Shown here piece by piece: positions 9,956 through 19,922 of a DNA stretch of 64,000 nucleotides (its first letter is position 1; each line of letters starts with the position of its first letter). The notes below the pieces were generated by a model. The model saw only the letters and a program-made list of their open reading frames with translations, was not told the DNA's origin and ran no database searches. Location: positions 1-64,000 of the forward strand of contig JASKLF010000007.1 in NCBI GenBank assembly GCA_030153785.1. The letters run 5' to 3'. Both the position numbers and the translations under genes were made by a program. Source of the DNA: a bacterium (lineage in GTDB: Bacteria > Synergistota > GBS-1).

Positions 9956-11287
9956 TTAAAGCCCGCTTATCAATATCCACGCTATAGCTACAGGAGCTAT
10001 ATAACGGCAAACCACCTTCCACAAAGGAGCCCACCCCAGCGTGTAAAGCCCATCACTTGTGGCCTCAACCAATGCCCTCTCCCAGAAGAACCATCCAACA
10101 AATAGAGATATGAAAATCCCTCCGAGAGGAAGCATTATATTGGAAGAAATATAATCCATAAAGTCAAGAAAAATCTTACCCATGATGGTAAAGCTACTCC
10201 ACTTCCCAAGAGAAAGGGAAGAGGGTATCCCAAGGAGAAAGATAATTGCTCCAAACAAAACAGCAGCCCTCCTTCTTGCCATTCCCATCTCATCTATAAA
10301 GTAAGCTACCACGACCTCAAGAATGGATATGGAGGAGGTTATCGCAGCAAAAAATAGAAGAAGGAAGAACAACATGGCCCAAAAAGCGCCAAAGGGCATC
10401 TTAGCAAAAACAGCAGGAAGAGTAACAAAGGTTAAACCGGGACCTGCAGCGGGATCGAACCCAAAGGCAAAGACGGCCGGCATAACCACCAAGCCAGCCA
10501 AAAAGGCAATGAGAGTATCCATAGATGTAATCCAAATCACAGATCGCGGGGCATTCTCTTCACGGGGAAAGTAAGAAGCGTAGGTCATTATGCAACCCAT
10601 ACCCAAGGAAAGAGAGAAAAATGCCTGCCCTAAAGCGGCGTTTATAATCTTCGCATCTATCTTTGAAAAATCAGGAGCAAGATAAAATTGAATTCCCTTC
10701 CACGCACCCGGCAATGTAACGGATCTAACAATCAATACTAAGAGTATGACTACCAAGCCAGGAATAAGCATCTTACACCATCTTTCTATTCCACCTTCTA
10801 TCCCAGCAGCTACTATTAGAACGGTAAAAAACATAAACAAAGCATGGTAAAAAAGAGGCTCAAAAGGACTGCTAACAAACTCACCAAAGATCTTCCCCAA
10901 CTCCTTAGGGTCCGTAGAGTTCAAAAGTCCCAAAGGAGACTTAATAATGTAGGCTATCGTCCACCCCCCTACCACACTGTAAAAGGAAAGAATTATGAAT
11001 CCTGCAGCTATACCCATAAAGCCTACCAGTGGCCATAATCCTCCACCTAACTTAGCAAAAGCTCCCACAGGATTTCTCTGAGCAGCCTTCCCTATAACAA
11101 CTTCGGCAAGCATAACGCTCAAGCCAATAGTAAAAACGATGAGAAGGTAAACAATCAAAAAGGCAAAACCACCGTTCTTACCAGTTAAATAAGGAAACTT
11201 CCAGATATTACCAAGCCCTATCGCTGAACCCGCAGAGGCCATAATAAAACCTACTCGCGAAGTCCATGCACCTCTACCATTGCCCAT
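9956..11287 (-). CDS. Sodium-dependent amino-acid transporter (NSS/SNF family)
   Basis: GSAIGLGNIWKFP, GQAFFSLSLG, GPGLTF. Confidence 0.95.
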   Translation of the reverse strand: MGNGRGAWTSRVGFIMASAGSAIGLGNIWKFPYLTGKNGGFAFLIVYLLIVFTIGLSVMLAEVVIGKAAQRNPVGAFAKLGGGLWPLVGFMGIAAGFIILSFYSVVGGWTIAYIIKSPLGLLNSTDPKELGKIFGEFVSSPFEPLFYHALFMFFTVLIVAAGIEGGIERWCKMLIPGLVVILLVLIVRSVTLPGAWKGIQFYLAPDFSKIDAKIINAALGQAFFSLSLGMGCIMTYASYFPREENAPRSVIWITSMDTLIAFLAGLVVMPAVFAFGFDPAAGPGLTFVTLPAVFAKMPFGAFWAMLFFLLLFFAAITSSISILEVVVAYFIDEMGMARRRAAVLFGAIIFLLGIPSSLSLGKWSSFTIMGKIFLDFMDYISSNIMLPLGGIFISLFVGWFFWERALVEATSDGLYTLGWAPLWKVVCRYIAPVAIAWILISGL

Positions 11288-11350
11288 TTAAACTTCACCC
11301 CTTCCTGTTTTTATCTAATTCTATCAAACTAAAACTCAAAAAGAAAGGCC

Positions 11351-11378
11351 TTGACATTTTAGGTAAACCTAATATAAT
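11351..11378 (+). promoter_or_regulatory. sigma70-type promoter of the dtxR-feoAB operon
   Basis: TTGACA-16 bp-TATAAT. Confidence 0.85.
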
Positions 11379-11391
11379 TAGGTTATCCTAA
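11359..11391. promoter_or_regulatory. Two tandem DtxR/IdeR-type iron boxes
   Basis: TTAGGTAAACCTAA (11359-11372) and TTAGGTTATCCTAA (11378-11391) flank the -10 element directly upstream of a DtxR gene. Confidence 0.85.
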
Positions 11392-11409
11392 AATGGAGGT
11401 GAAAGGAAG

Positions 11410-12045
11410 ATGGCCTTTCTTACTCCCGCCTTAGAAGATTATTTGGAAGGGATTCTTATATTAAAGGAAGAAAAGGGGATCGTTAGAGTAAAGGATTTGG
11501 CACATCTCCTTAAAGTCAAGGCTTCCTCGGTAACCGAATCGTTAAAAAAGCTAAAGGAACTGGAGCTCATAGATCAGGAAAAATACGGATACATAGAGCT
11601 AACACAAGCGGGGATAAACATCGCTAAAGAGATAAGGGAAAAGCATGCGGTTTTGAAGAACTTCCTGGTAAACCTATTAGGAGTAAACGAAGAAACTGCC
11701 GAAAAGGACGCCTGCAGTATGGAGCACTACCTAAGCGATGAGACCCTAAATAAATTAATAAATTTCCTAAACTCCTTTGCTTCAGAGAAGGAGGGCACCG
11801 CATTGGGAGAAAAGCTAAAAAAGCTAAGCCTTCTAAATTTAGGAATGAAGGGGATTGTTAGAAAAATAACAGCGGTAGGTGTATTAAAAAGGAGACTCTT
11901 AGATATGGGATTTGTGAGAGGAGAGGAAATAGAAGTTATAAACGTCGCTCCCTTAGGAGATCCCATAGAGGTTTTAATTAAGGGAAGTCAGGTTTCTTTA
12001 AGAAAAGACGAAGCTGAAAAAATCTTGGTAGAGGTGATTCCATAA
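11410..12045 (+). CDS. DtxR/MntR-family metal-dependent repressor with C-terminal FeoA domain
   Basis: EDYLEGI, wHTH, DACSMEH, C-terminal RRLLDMG...APLGDPI. Confidence 0.92.
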   Translation: MAFLTPALEDYLEGILILKEEKGIVRVKDLAHLLKVKASSVTESLKKLKELELIDQEKYGYIELTQAGINIAKEIREKHAVLKNFLVNLLGVNEETAEKDACSMEHYLSDETLNKLINFLNSFASEKEGTALGEKLKKLSLLNLGMKGIVRKITAVGVLKRRLLDMGFVRGEEIEVINVAPLGDPIEVLIKGSQVSLRKDEAEKILVEVIP

Positions 12046-12269
12046 TGATCCCTCTTTCTCTAATGGAAAGTGGCAAAAGGGTGAAAATCAAAAAAATAAT
12101 AGGAGGCAAAGGCGTAATGTCCAAGCTCAAGGAAATGGGTATTTTGGAGGGAGAAAACCTTTGCATCCTAACAAACTGCAATGGCCCCGTTATAGTGGTC
12201 AAAGACAATCTAAGGTTTGCTTTAGGAAGAGGAATATCACATAAAATCCTCGTAGAGGAGGTATCTTAA
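12045..12269 (+). CDS. feoA: Ferrous iron transport protein A
   Basis: KLKEMGI, GPVIV, RFALGRG; directly upstream of feoB. Confidence 0.9.
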   Translation: MIPLSLMESGKRVKIKKIIGGKGVMSKLKEMGILEGENLCILTNCNGPVIVVKDNLRFALGRGISHKILVEEVS

Positions 12270-12271
12270 TC

Positions 12272-14269
12272 ATGGAAGCAAAAATAGCTTTGGCTGGAAA
12301 TCCTAACTCTGGGAAAACCACGATTTTTAATCTCCTTTGCGGTACAAAAGAAAAGGTTGGCAACTGGCCCGGAACCACGGTGGAAAAGAAAGAAGGCATT
12401 TTAGAATACAGAGGAAAACGCTTTAGGGTTGTAGATTTACCGGGGGTATACAGTCTAAGCGCCTATTCCATAGATGAGAGAATAGCAAGAGACTTTTTGG
12501 TAAATGAAAAACCTGACTTGGTAGTTGCCATAGTGGACGCCACAAACATCGAAAGAAATCTCTTTCTGGTTTCTCAGCTCCTTGAAATGGGAGTTAACCT
12601 TTTAATAGACCTCAACATGATGGATATAGTTTCATCGAAGGGAATAAACATAGACACGGAAAAACTTTCGAAACTACTAAATGTAGATATCGTAGAAACG
12701 GTGGCAAATAGAGGTATAGGTATAGATGAGCTAAAAGGGAGAATCTTTAAAAACCTCAGCGAAAGAAAAAACCTTATTCCTTTAAGAATAGATTATGGCA
12801 TAGAAATGGAAGAGGCTATAGAAAAAATAGAAACGATCCTAAAAGAAAACTATGAAACCGCCTTACCAGGCAGAGTAGTAGCAATAAAGTTATTGGAAAA
12901 AGACCCTGATTTTATAAAAAGCATTGAAGGGAAACCATTCTTCAATGAGATCAATGTGATCATAGAGGAAACGGAGAAAAGGATAGAAAAAACTTATGGA
13001 GAAGATATCGAGAGCTTCTCAATAGAGAGAAGATATGCATTCTTGAAAGGTTTAGCGAGAGAATGTGTAAAAAAGGGAAGAAGCGAAACGGCCTCTTTAT
13101 CCGACAAGCTTGATAAAATCCTGCTCAATAAAGTTTTAGGGCTACCCCTATTCTTGTTTTTCATGTATCTTCTCTTCTACCTGGTATTTTCTATAGGTAA
13201 CCCTTTAGCCGACTTGATAGACGCAGGTTTTGCAAGCTTAGGAGACTATTTGCGAATAATTTTTGAAAAGCAAGCTTTTCCAAACTGGGCTACCTCCCTT
13301 CTACTTGATGGAATACTTGCAGGAGTTGGAAGCGTCCTCGTTTTCTTACCAAACATTGCGCTTCTCTTTCTGGGAATCTCCATCTTAGAAGACAGTGGTT
13401 ATCTTGCAAGGGCAGCCTTCTTAATGGACAAAATCATGCACACCTTAGGGTTACACGGTAAATCGTTCATTCCTCTACTTATAGGGTTTGGCTGTAATGT
13501 TCCAGCAATAATGGCAACAAGAACTCTCGAATCGAGGAAAGATAGACTCCTAACAATTTTGATAATTCCTCTGATGAGCTGTTCTGCAAGGCTTCCCGTA
13601 TATGTTCTCTTTGCAAACGCATTCTTCCCAAGATATCAAGGCCTTGTGGTTTTCTCCCTATACCTGATAGGGATCCTTCTTGCGCTATTCGTTGCAAAGG
13701 TAGCAAAAAACATCTTCTTTAAAGAAGAGGTTACTCCCTTTGTGATGGAACTGCCTCCCTATAGAATACCCACCCTTAGAAACGTTCTCCTACAAATGTG
13801 GATAAGAAGCTTCCTCTTTATAAAAAGAGCTGGCACAGTCATAGCCTCTGCGGTTATAATTATATGGGCTCTATCATCGCTACCGCCGGGGGTTGAATAT
13901 GCTTCTCAAAATTCCATAATCGGAAGAATTGGGAGCATACTTGCCCCTGTTTTTAAGCCAGCTGGATTTGGAAACTGGCAAGCAAGCGTGGCATTGCTTT
14001 TTGGAATTGTGGCCAAAGAAACGGTCATAGGAACCTTAGGGACCCTATACGGAGAGGAAACCCTTAGAACTACCTTGCGGGAGGTTTTTACTCCCCTATC
14101 CGCTTACGCCTTTCTTCTCATGACCCTCATATATATACCGTGCATCGCAACTATTGCCACCATAAAAAAGGAAACCAACCTTAAGTGGGCCATGGTTACA
14201 ACCTTGTATTCGCTGGTTTTAGGCTGGCTCGTCAGCGTTCTTTTCTATCAAATAGGAAAAGTTTTATGA
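12272..14269 (+). CDS. feoB: Ferrous iron transport protein B
   Basis: GNPNSGKT, VGNWPGTTVE, DLPG, GFGCNVP, CSARLP, MELPPY. Confidence 0.97.
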   Translation: MEAKIALAGNPNSGKTTIFNLLCGTKEKVGNWPGTTVEKKEGILEYRGKRFRVVDLPGVYSLSAYSIDERIARDFLVNEKPDLVVAIVDATNIERNLFLVSQLLEMGVNLLIDLNMMDIVSSKGINIDTEKLSKLLNVDIVETVANRGIGIDELKGRIFKNLSERKNLIPLRIDYGIEMEEAIEKIETILKENYETALPGRVVAIKLLEKDPDFIKSIEGKPFFNEINVIIEETEKRIEKTYGEDIESFSIERRYAFLKGLARECVKKGRSETASLSDKLDKILLNKVLGLPLFLFFMYLLFYLVFSIGNPLADLIDAGFASLGDYLRIIFEKQAFPNWATSLLLDGILAGVGSVLVFLPNIALLFLGISILEDSGYLARAAFLMDKIMHTLGLHGKSFIPLLIGFGCNVPAIMATRTLESRKDRLLTILIIPLMSCSARLPVYVLFANAFFPRYQGLVVFSLYLIGILLALFVAKVAKNIFFKEEVTPFVMELPPYRIPTLRNVLLQMWIRSFLFIKRAGTVIASAVIIIWALSSLPPGVEYASQNSIIGRIGSILAPVFKPAGFGNWQASVALLFGIVAKETVIGTLGTLYGEETLRTTLREVFTPLSAYAFLLMTLIYIPCIATIATIKKETNLKWAMVTTLYSLVLGWLVSVLFYQIGKVL

Positions 14270-14296
14270 TAAAATAGCCTCAGAGGTGATGATAAA

Positions 14297-14605
14297 TTGG
14301 AAAATGCTATAAGACAACTACTTGAAGCAGAAAGAACGGCAAGGGCAATAGTTGAAAAAACGAAAGAAGAAATTGAAAGAGCTTGGGAAGAATACCTAAG
14401 AGAAAAAGAAAAGAAGATAGCTGAAATATTTAAAGAGCTTAGAGAGAAAGAAGAAAAAATTTTAAGCGAAGCAAAGGCAGAAGCCGAAAAAAGAGCTGAA
14501 GAGATAATAGCCAAAAGCAGAGGAGAGGCAAAAGAGCTTAGAGAAAGAACTTTGCCCAAAATCGAAAGGGCCATTTCTAAAGCAACGGATATCTTCTGGA
14601 GATGA
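14297..14605 (+). CDS. Charged coiled-coil protein, probable A/V-type ATPase subunit H/G
   Basis: E/K/A/R-rich helical 102 aa protein (IRQLLEAERTARAIVEK); overlaps the subunit C gene. Confidence 0.65.
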   Translation: MENAIRQLLEAERTARAIVEKTKEEIERAWEEYLREKEKKIAEIFKELREKEEKILSEAKAEAEKRAEEIIAKSRGEAKELRERTLPKIERAISKATDIFWR

Positions 14606-15639
14606 TGAGAAGCATCGAATATTCAGCAGCCTTCGCTCGAATAAAGGCAATAAGAGGAGAACTCCTAAGCAAAGAGGTTTTGGAAGAAGCCTTAAATGCT
14701 AAAAGCTTGGATGGGCTCATCGACATAATTAAGAAGACTCCTTATGGACGTGGCAAATCTATTTCCTACTCCAGGGAAGGTCTTGAGAGAATAATAAAAA
14801 ACTCCCTCGTAGAAATATATTTTAAAGTTCTCCAGTTCATGCCCAAGAGATCACAAACATTTTTAAGGGCAACAATGAAAAGATTTGAAATAGATAATAT
14901 CAAGAGGGTATTAAGGAGCAAGTTAAGTAACGAAGAAGATATACAAAAGGATTCTTTATACGAACTTAAAGACTTCTCCTCCTTCGACATATCTGACCTG
15001 ATATCTGCAAAGAACTTGGCTGAAGCTATAGAAATATTAAGGAAAACCCCTTACAAGGAATACATAGAGGGGAAGCTCCCCGAGGAAGAGTTAGAAACCC
15101 TGTTCGGCATCGAAATAGCCCTTGATTATGGATTTTTTAAAGAACTTATAGAGCTAAACGAAAGCTTAGAACCGCTGGACAAGGAGATTAACAAATGGTA
15201 TTTGGGAATGCAATGCGACCTTATAAATTTGGGATGGATAGTGAGAGCTAAAAACTTCTTTAACTTCAGGGAGGAAAAGATCTTCTCCTACACGTTTCCC
15301 TTCGGAAAGTATCTAAACGAAGAAAAACTTAAGCAATTAATTCACGCGAAAAACATGGAGGAGTTTTTGAAACCGCTGGTAAATACTCCTTGGAGAGAAG
15401 AAGTCGAAAAGGCTGGAGATCTTAAAAATCCAATTCTTGAAAGAAGGCTTCTTAAAAAGTTTTATGAGGCTGTAACAAAGTCTCCACTAATCAAGATGAA
15501 CCCCTTTTCCATAGGTAGCTTTATAGAACTTCTGTGTCAAAAGGAGATGGAAATAAACGACCTTATAGTTATAATAGAGAGCAAAGCTTATGACACACCA
15601 CCCGAAAACATAAGACCATTATTGCTGAAGGTGGGTTGA
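14602..15639 (+). CDS. A/V-type ATPase subunit C (Vo d/AC39 family)
   Basis: Y-x-A-x-x-ARIKA-x-x-x-x-LL, TPY repeats, RFEIDNIK, DLINL-x-x-I-x-RAK, KEMEI-x-DL-x-x-IIE. Confidence 0.85.
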   Translation: MMRSIEYSAAFARIKAIRGELLSKEVLEEALNAKSLDGLIDIIKKTPYGRGKSISYSREGLERIIKNSLVEIYFKVLQFMPKRSQTFLRATMKRFEIDNIKRVLRSKLSNEEDIQKDSLYELKDFSSFDISDLISAKNLAEAIEILRKTPYKEYIEGKLPEEELETLFGIEIALDYGFFKELIELNESLEPLDKEINKWYLGMQCDLINLGWIVRAKNFFNFREEKIFSYTFPFGKYLNEEKLKQLIHAKNMEEFLKPLVNTPWREEVEKAGDLKNPILERRLLKKFYEAVTKSPLIKMNPFSIGSFIELLCQKEMEINDLIVIIESKAYDTPPENIRPLLLKVG

Positions 15640-15645
15640 TGAAAT

Positions 15646-18600
15646 ATGCCGGAAGCCATTTTTGAAAGGGCTTGTCCTAACTGTGAAGAAAAAATTTCGA
15701 GCTCAAGACTAATCAAAGGTCTCCCTTGCGAAGTTTGCCTACCCAAGGAAGAAGAGCTATCATTCGAGGAGCTCATAAAGAGACTTAAGGAGTTAGGATC
15801 CCTAAAAAGACTAAAAGAAATATACGAGCTTAGAGAGAGGGAAAAAGAATTTACAAAGTTCTTTAAGGAAAGGGTAGGAAGCGACCCATGGTCTCTCCAA
15901 AGGACATGGGCAAGGAGGCTATTTCTTAAAAGGTCCTTCGCCATAGTGGCACCTCCTGGGATCGGGAAAACGACGTTTGGGATAATAGCTTCGTTATTTT
16001 TAAACGGAAAATCCTACCTCATCTTTCCAACACGCTTACTTGTAGAACAAGCGGAACATCTGCTTAAGAAATACAATAACGGAAACAAGAAGAGAATACT
16101 CATAGCCATGGATATGAATAACGAAGAAAGAGAAAAACTGAAGAGGGGAGATTTCGATATCCTCGTCTCAACTACAATGTTCTTGGTAAAGAGCTACGAT
16201 GATATCCCCAAACCCTTCGATTTTGTCTTTGTCGACGATGTTGATGCCCTTCTTAAACAATCAAAAAGCGTAGATAGAGTTTTGGGGCTTTTAGGCATTC
16301 CTAAAGAAGCTGTAGATGAAACTCTATCTTTCATTTATCAATCCATTAGACTACTTAGAAAGCCTACAAAGGAAGCTTGGAAGAAAATAGAAGAAGAGAG
16401 AGCGAAAATAGAAGAATTCAAAAAGCTTGCCAAAGGAACCCTTATAGTTTCTTCAGCCACGGCAAAGCCAAAAAGCATAAGAGTAGCCCTTTTTAGGGAG
16501 TTACTCGAATTCGAAGTGGGAAGAAGCGCTTCATTTCTAAGAAAAGTAGAAGATCTCATCCTAAGGCCGAAGAGATTAACATTAACGAGCATGATAGACG
16601 AAGCGGCAAGTCTTATAAAGAGATTAGGCAAAAGGGGTCTTGTCTTCGTCTCGCCAGACAAAGGCAAAGAATCGATAAAGGAGGTAATCAAGAAGCTTGA
16701 GAGTAAGGGAATAAAAGCCCTAAGCTATGAAGAGGCTGATATAGAAGCCTTTTTAAAGGAGAAGATAGATGTGCTTGTGGGGATTGCCTCTGGTAGAAAT
16801 CCCCTTGCGAGGGGACTCGATATACCAGAAACAAGATACGCCATATTTATAGGGGTCCCGAAGACATTCATAAACTTAAAAGTGGAAACCTCTGCGATAG
16901 CTCTGTTTAACGCCCTAACATCCTTAAGGAAGCTACTTGAAGAATATCCAGAGGTAGAAAGAAGATATTTACCATTCTTAAGAAGAATTTTCGAAAGAGA
17001 AGAAGAAAAACTCACAGAAAGATCTCAAAAACTTCTAAGTGAGATAAGACTCTTTCTCTCGGAAAGGATTTCTGACCCAGAATTCTTAGCTCAGGTGGCA
17101 TCAAGCCCTGAAAGCCCGATAAGAATAATAGATGGGGGAATATACCTTCTGATACCTGAAACCGCTGGCTATCTTCAAGCAGCGGGAAGGACTTCTCGAC
17201 TCTGCTCCGGAGGCTTACTTCAGGGATTATCCATAGTAATAGTGGACGATGAAAAAGCTTTACATCTCCTTGAAAAAAAGGCTCGATACTTCTTTGAAGA
17301 ATTCTCCTTCAAGCTCTACGAGCCAGAAAAGGTTAAGGAAATCATAGAAAGGGTAGACAGGGAAAGAGAGGAACTCAAAAAGGTAGAAAATATACCCAAA
17401 GATTTATTTAAAACTGCTCTCGTTATCGTTGAATCCCCTAATAAAGCAAGAACCCTGGCATCCTTTTTTGGCTCTCCCCAGAGGAGAAAGATTCACGGCG
17501 TAGATGTTTACGAAGTAAACGCTCTTAAATATACGCTACTTATCGCAGCTTCAAAGGGACATGTGGCCGATCTCGTGTATGACTTAGGCCTGTTTGGCGT
17601 TGAAATAATGGACCATTCATTCGTTCCTCATTATGATACTATAAAGAGATGCCAAAACTGCGGAGAACAAACGGTCCAGGAAACATGCTCAAAATGTAAG
17701 ATGCCTGCCTTTGATGAAAAAAGAGAGATAATCGAAGGGTTAAGAGAGCTCGCTTTAGAATCGGACATGGTTTTTATAGCAACAGACCCTGACACTGAGG
17801 GAGAAAAGATCGCTTGGGACTTGGCTTGCTATGTAAGACCCTTTTCCCCAGGATTTAAGAGAGCAGAGTTTCACGAAGTGACCAAGAGAGCTTTCTTAGA
17901 AGCCATAGATGAGCCAAGGGAGATAAACGAACCACTGGTGGAGGCCCAGTTTATAAGGAGAATAGCGGATAGATGGTTTGGCTTCTCCTTAAGTCAGTTA
18001 CTACAAGAAACCTTTAAACAAAGATGGCTCTCAGCAGGCAGGGTCCAAACCCCCGTCTTAGGCTGGATAATAGAGAGAGAAAGGGAAAGAAAGGAAAAGA
18101 ATTACTTCTTAAGGGTAACAGCCGATCCTAATATAAGAATCGAATTTCCCCTAAGGAGTAAAGATGATGTTAAAGGTCTGCGCCTTCACCAGCTTCACGT
18201 TAAGCTATTAAACATCCACGAAGAGGAAATACTCCCTCCTCCTCCCTTTGATACCGCAAATATGCTTAAGGAAGCGTCTTCAAGATTCGGATGGAGCGCC
18301 GAGGAAACCATGTCCTTAGCCCAAGAGCTCTTCGAAAGAGGACTCATAACCTACCATAGAACAGATTCCTTCAGGATTAGCGGTAAAGGTATATCCATAG
18401 CCAAAGAATATATTAAAGAAAAACTGGGAGAAAACCTGTTCCACGGAAGAACATGGGGAGACGGAGGAGCCCATGAGGGCATAAGACCAACGCACCCATG
18501 GGACAAAGGAGAGCTTTTAAGTTACATCTATACCACGGGGAAAACTCCCCTTTCCTCTAAAGCCGTATCTCTTTATACGCTCATATTCAGAAGATTCATA

Positions 18601-19146
18601 GCTTCACAGATGAAGGAAACCAAGGTGCTAAAAGGGAAGGTTGTCTTCTCCCTTGATGGTATACAAAAAGAAGAGGAGCTTAACTTAAAAATCCTTGAAG
18701 CCGGTTTCTCCATACTTATACCCATCAACATCTCCCCCATCGGAAAAGAGCTTATCGAAAAGGGAGAGCTAACTCTTGACATAAGGGAAAGTAAAGTAAT
18801 AGCTCTACCAAAAGCTTATCCCTTCACTCAAGGCTCCTTAATAGAAATGATGCAAAAACGAAAGCTGGGCAGGCCTTCTACATACGCCACGATAATTGAA
18901 ACCCTCCTTGAAAGACATTACATCGTGCAGAAAAACGGGTTTCTATTCCCCACCAAGCTTGGCATAGAAGTTTACAAGCACCTTAGAGAACAGTACCCAC
19001 AATATACCGATGAGGAGTTTACCCGAAGACTTGAAGAGGAAATGGACCTGGTAGAAAACGGGGAAAGGGAATATCAAATCGTGCTAAACGAACTCTACGA
19101 GGGAACTAAAGAAATTCTGGAATTCATAAAATCAAAGGGCTCATGA
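15646..19146 (+). CDS. rgy: Reverse gyrase
   Basis: N-terminal CPNC/CEVC Zn finger, APPGIGKT, DDVD, QAAGRTSR helicase motifs, then topoisomerase IA VESPNKA, DPDTEGE, SAGRVQTP, ITYHRTDS. Confidence 0.98.
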   Translation: MPEAIFERACPNCEEKISSSRLIKGLPCEVCLPKEEELSFEELIKRLKELGSLKRLKEIYELREREKEFTKFFKERVGSDPWSLQRTWARRLFLKRSFAIVAPPGIGKTTFGIIASLFLNGKSYLIFPTRLLVEQAEHLLKKYNNGNKKRILIAMDMNNEEREKLKRGDFDILVSTTMFLVKSYDDIPKPFDFVFVDDVDALLKQSKSVDRVLGLLGIPKEAVDETLSFIYQSIRLLRKPTKEAWKKIEEERAKIEEFKKLAKGTLIVSSATAKPKSIRVALFRELLEFEVGRSASFLRKVEDLILRPKRLTLTSMIDEAASLIKRLGKRGLVFVSPDKGKESIKEVIKKLESKGIKALSYEEADIEAFLKEKIDVLVGIASGRNPLARGLDIPETRYAIFIGVPKTFINLKVETSAIALFNALTSLRKLLEEYPEVERRYLPFLRRIFEREEEKLTERSQKLLSEIRLFLSERISDPEFLAQVASSPESPIRIIDGGIYLLIPETAGYLQAAGRTSRLCSGGLLQGLSIVIVDDEKALHLLEKKARYFFEEFSFKLYEPEKVKEIIERVDREREELKKVENIPKDLFKTALVIVESPNKARTLASFFGSPQRRKIHGVDVYEVNALKYTLLIAASKGHVADLVYDLGLFGVEIMDHSFVPHYDTIKRCQNCGEQTVQETCSKCKMPAFDEKREIIEGLRELALESDMVFIATDPDTEGEKIAWDLACYVRPFSPGFKRAEFHEVTKRAFLEAIDEPREINEPLVEAQFIRRIADRWFGFSLSQLLQETFKQRWLSAGRVQTPVLGWIIERERERKEKNYFLRVTADPNIRIEFPLRSKDDVKGLRLHQLHVKLLNIHEEEILPPPPFDTANMLKEASSRFGWSAEETMSLAQELFERGLITYHRTDSFRISGKGISIAKEYIKEKLGENLFHGRTWGDGGAHEGIRPTHPWDKGELLSYIYTTGKTPLSSKAVSLYTLIFRRFIASQMKETKVLKGKVVFSLDGIQKEEELNLKILEAGFSILIPINISPIGKELIEKGELTLDIRESKVIALPKAYPFTQGSLIEMMQKRKLGRPSTYATIIETLLERHYIVQKNGFLFPTKLGIEVYKHLREQYPQYTDEEFTRRLEEEMDLVENGEREYQIVLNELYEGTKEILEFIKSKGS

Positions 19147-19922
19147 GTATAAATGTCTTTCTTTCCGTGGATTTTGATGCCGACAGCGCAGAAAGACTTT
19201 ATTATGCTAAATGCCCTGTTAAGATATCAAAAGCCCAGTTTGATTTAAACGTGGGTCTCGATAGATTGCTTACGTTATTCAAAAAATACGAAATAAAAAC
19301 GACCTTCTTCGTCCCCGCATGGGTAGCTCAAGAATATCCTCACCATGTAGAGAAAATCGTTAGAGATGAACATGAAATAGGACTTCACGGATACAAACAT
19401 GAAAAACTCAACGAGCTTTCCCGTGAGAAGGAGTTAGAGCTTCTCCATAAGTCCCTTAAAATACTCCAAAGTTTTTCTGATATAAATGGTTTTCGAAAAC
19501 CCTATTGGGAAATATCAGAAAACACACTTGATATACTCACAGAATTGAAAATAATCTACGACAGTAGCTTGAAAGGCTGTGATTTCCCCTATATTCAGAA
19601 AACACGAAAGGGAGCGCTTGTAGAACTCCCCATCGAGGATTTTCTCGACGACTGGGTGCTTTTTGAAATTGACAGAAAAGGTCCCGAAGAGGTTCTATCC
19701 ATGTGGAAAGGGGAATTTGAAAGCTCGCTGCATTTGAACATTCCCTACATCTCCATAATAGTTCATCCATCATGCATAGGAAGGGCTTCAAGGCTAACCA
19801 TGCTTGAAAAGCTTATAAACCACATATTAACTCAAGGAGGAGCCTTTAAAAGAGGAATTGAAATCGTTAGCGATTTTCTCAAGATGACAGGCAACAAAGT
19901 GACCGTTCCCCCTCTCTTCTAA
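19143..19922 (+). CDS. Carbohydrate esterase 4 / polysaccharide deacetylase (PgdA/PuuE-like)
   Basis: SVDFD, TTFFVPA, HEIGLHGYKH, GFRKPYW, YDSS, LDDW, HPSCIGR. Confidence 0.88.
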   Translation: MSINVFLSVDFDADSAERLYYAKCPVKISKAQFDLNVGLDRLLTLFKKYEIKTTFFVPAWVAQEYPHHVEKIVRDEHEIGLHGYKHEKLNELSREKELELLHKSLKILQSFSDINGFRKPYWEISENTLDILTELKIIYDSSLKGCDFPYIQKTRKGALVELPIEDFLDDWVLFEIDRKGPEEVLSMWKGEFESSLHLNIPYISIIVHPSCIGRASRLTMLEKLINHILTQGGAFKRGIEIVSDFLKMTGNKVTVPPLF

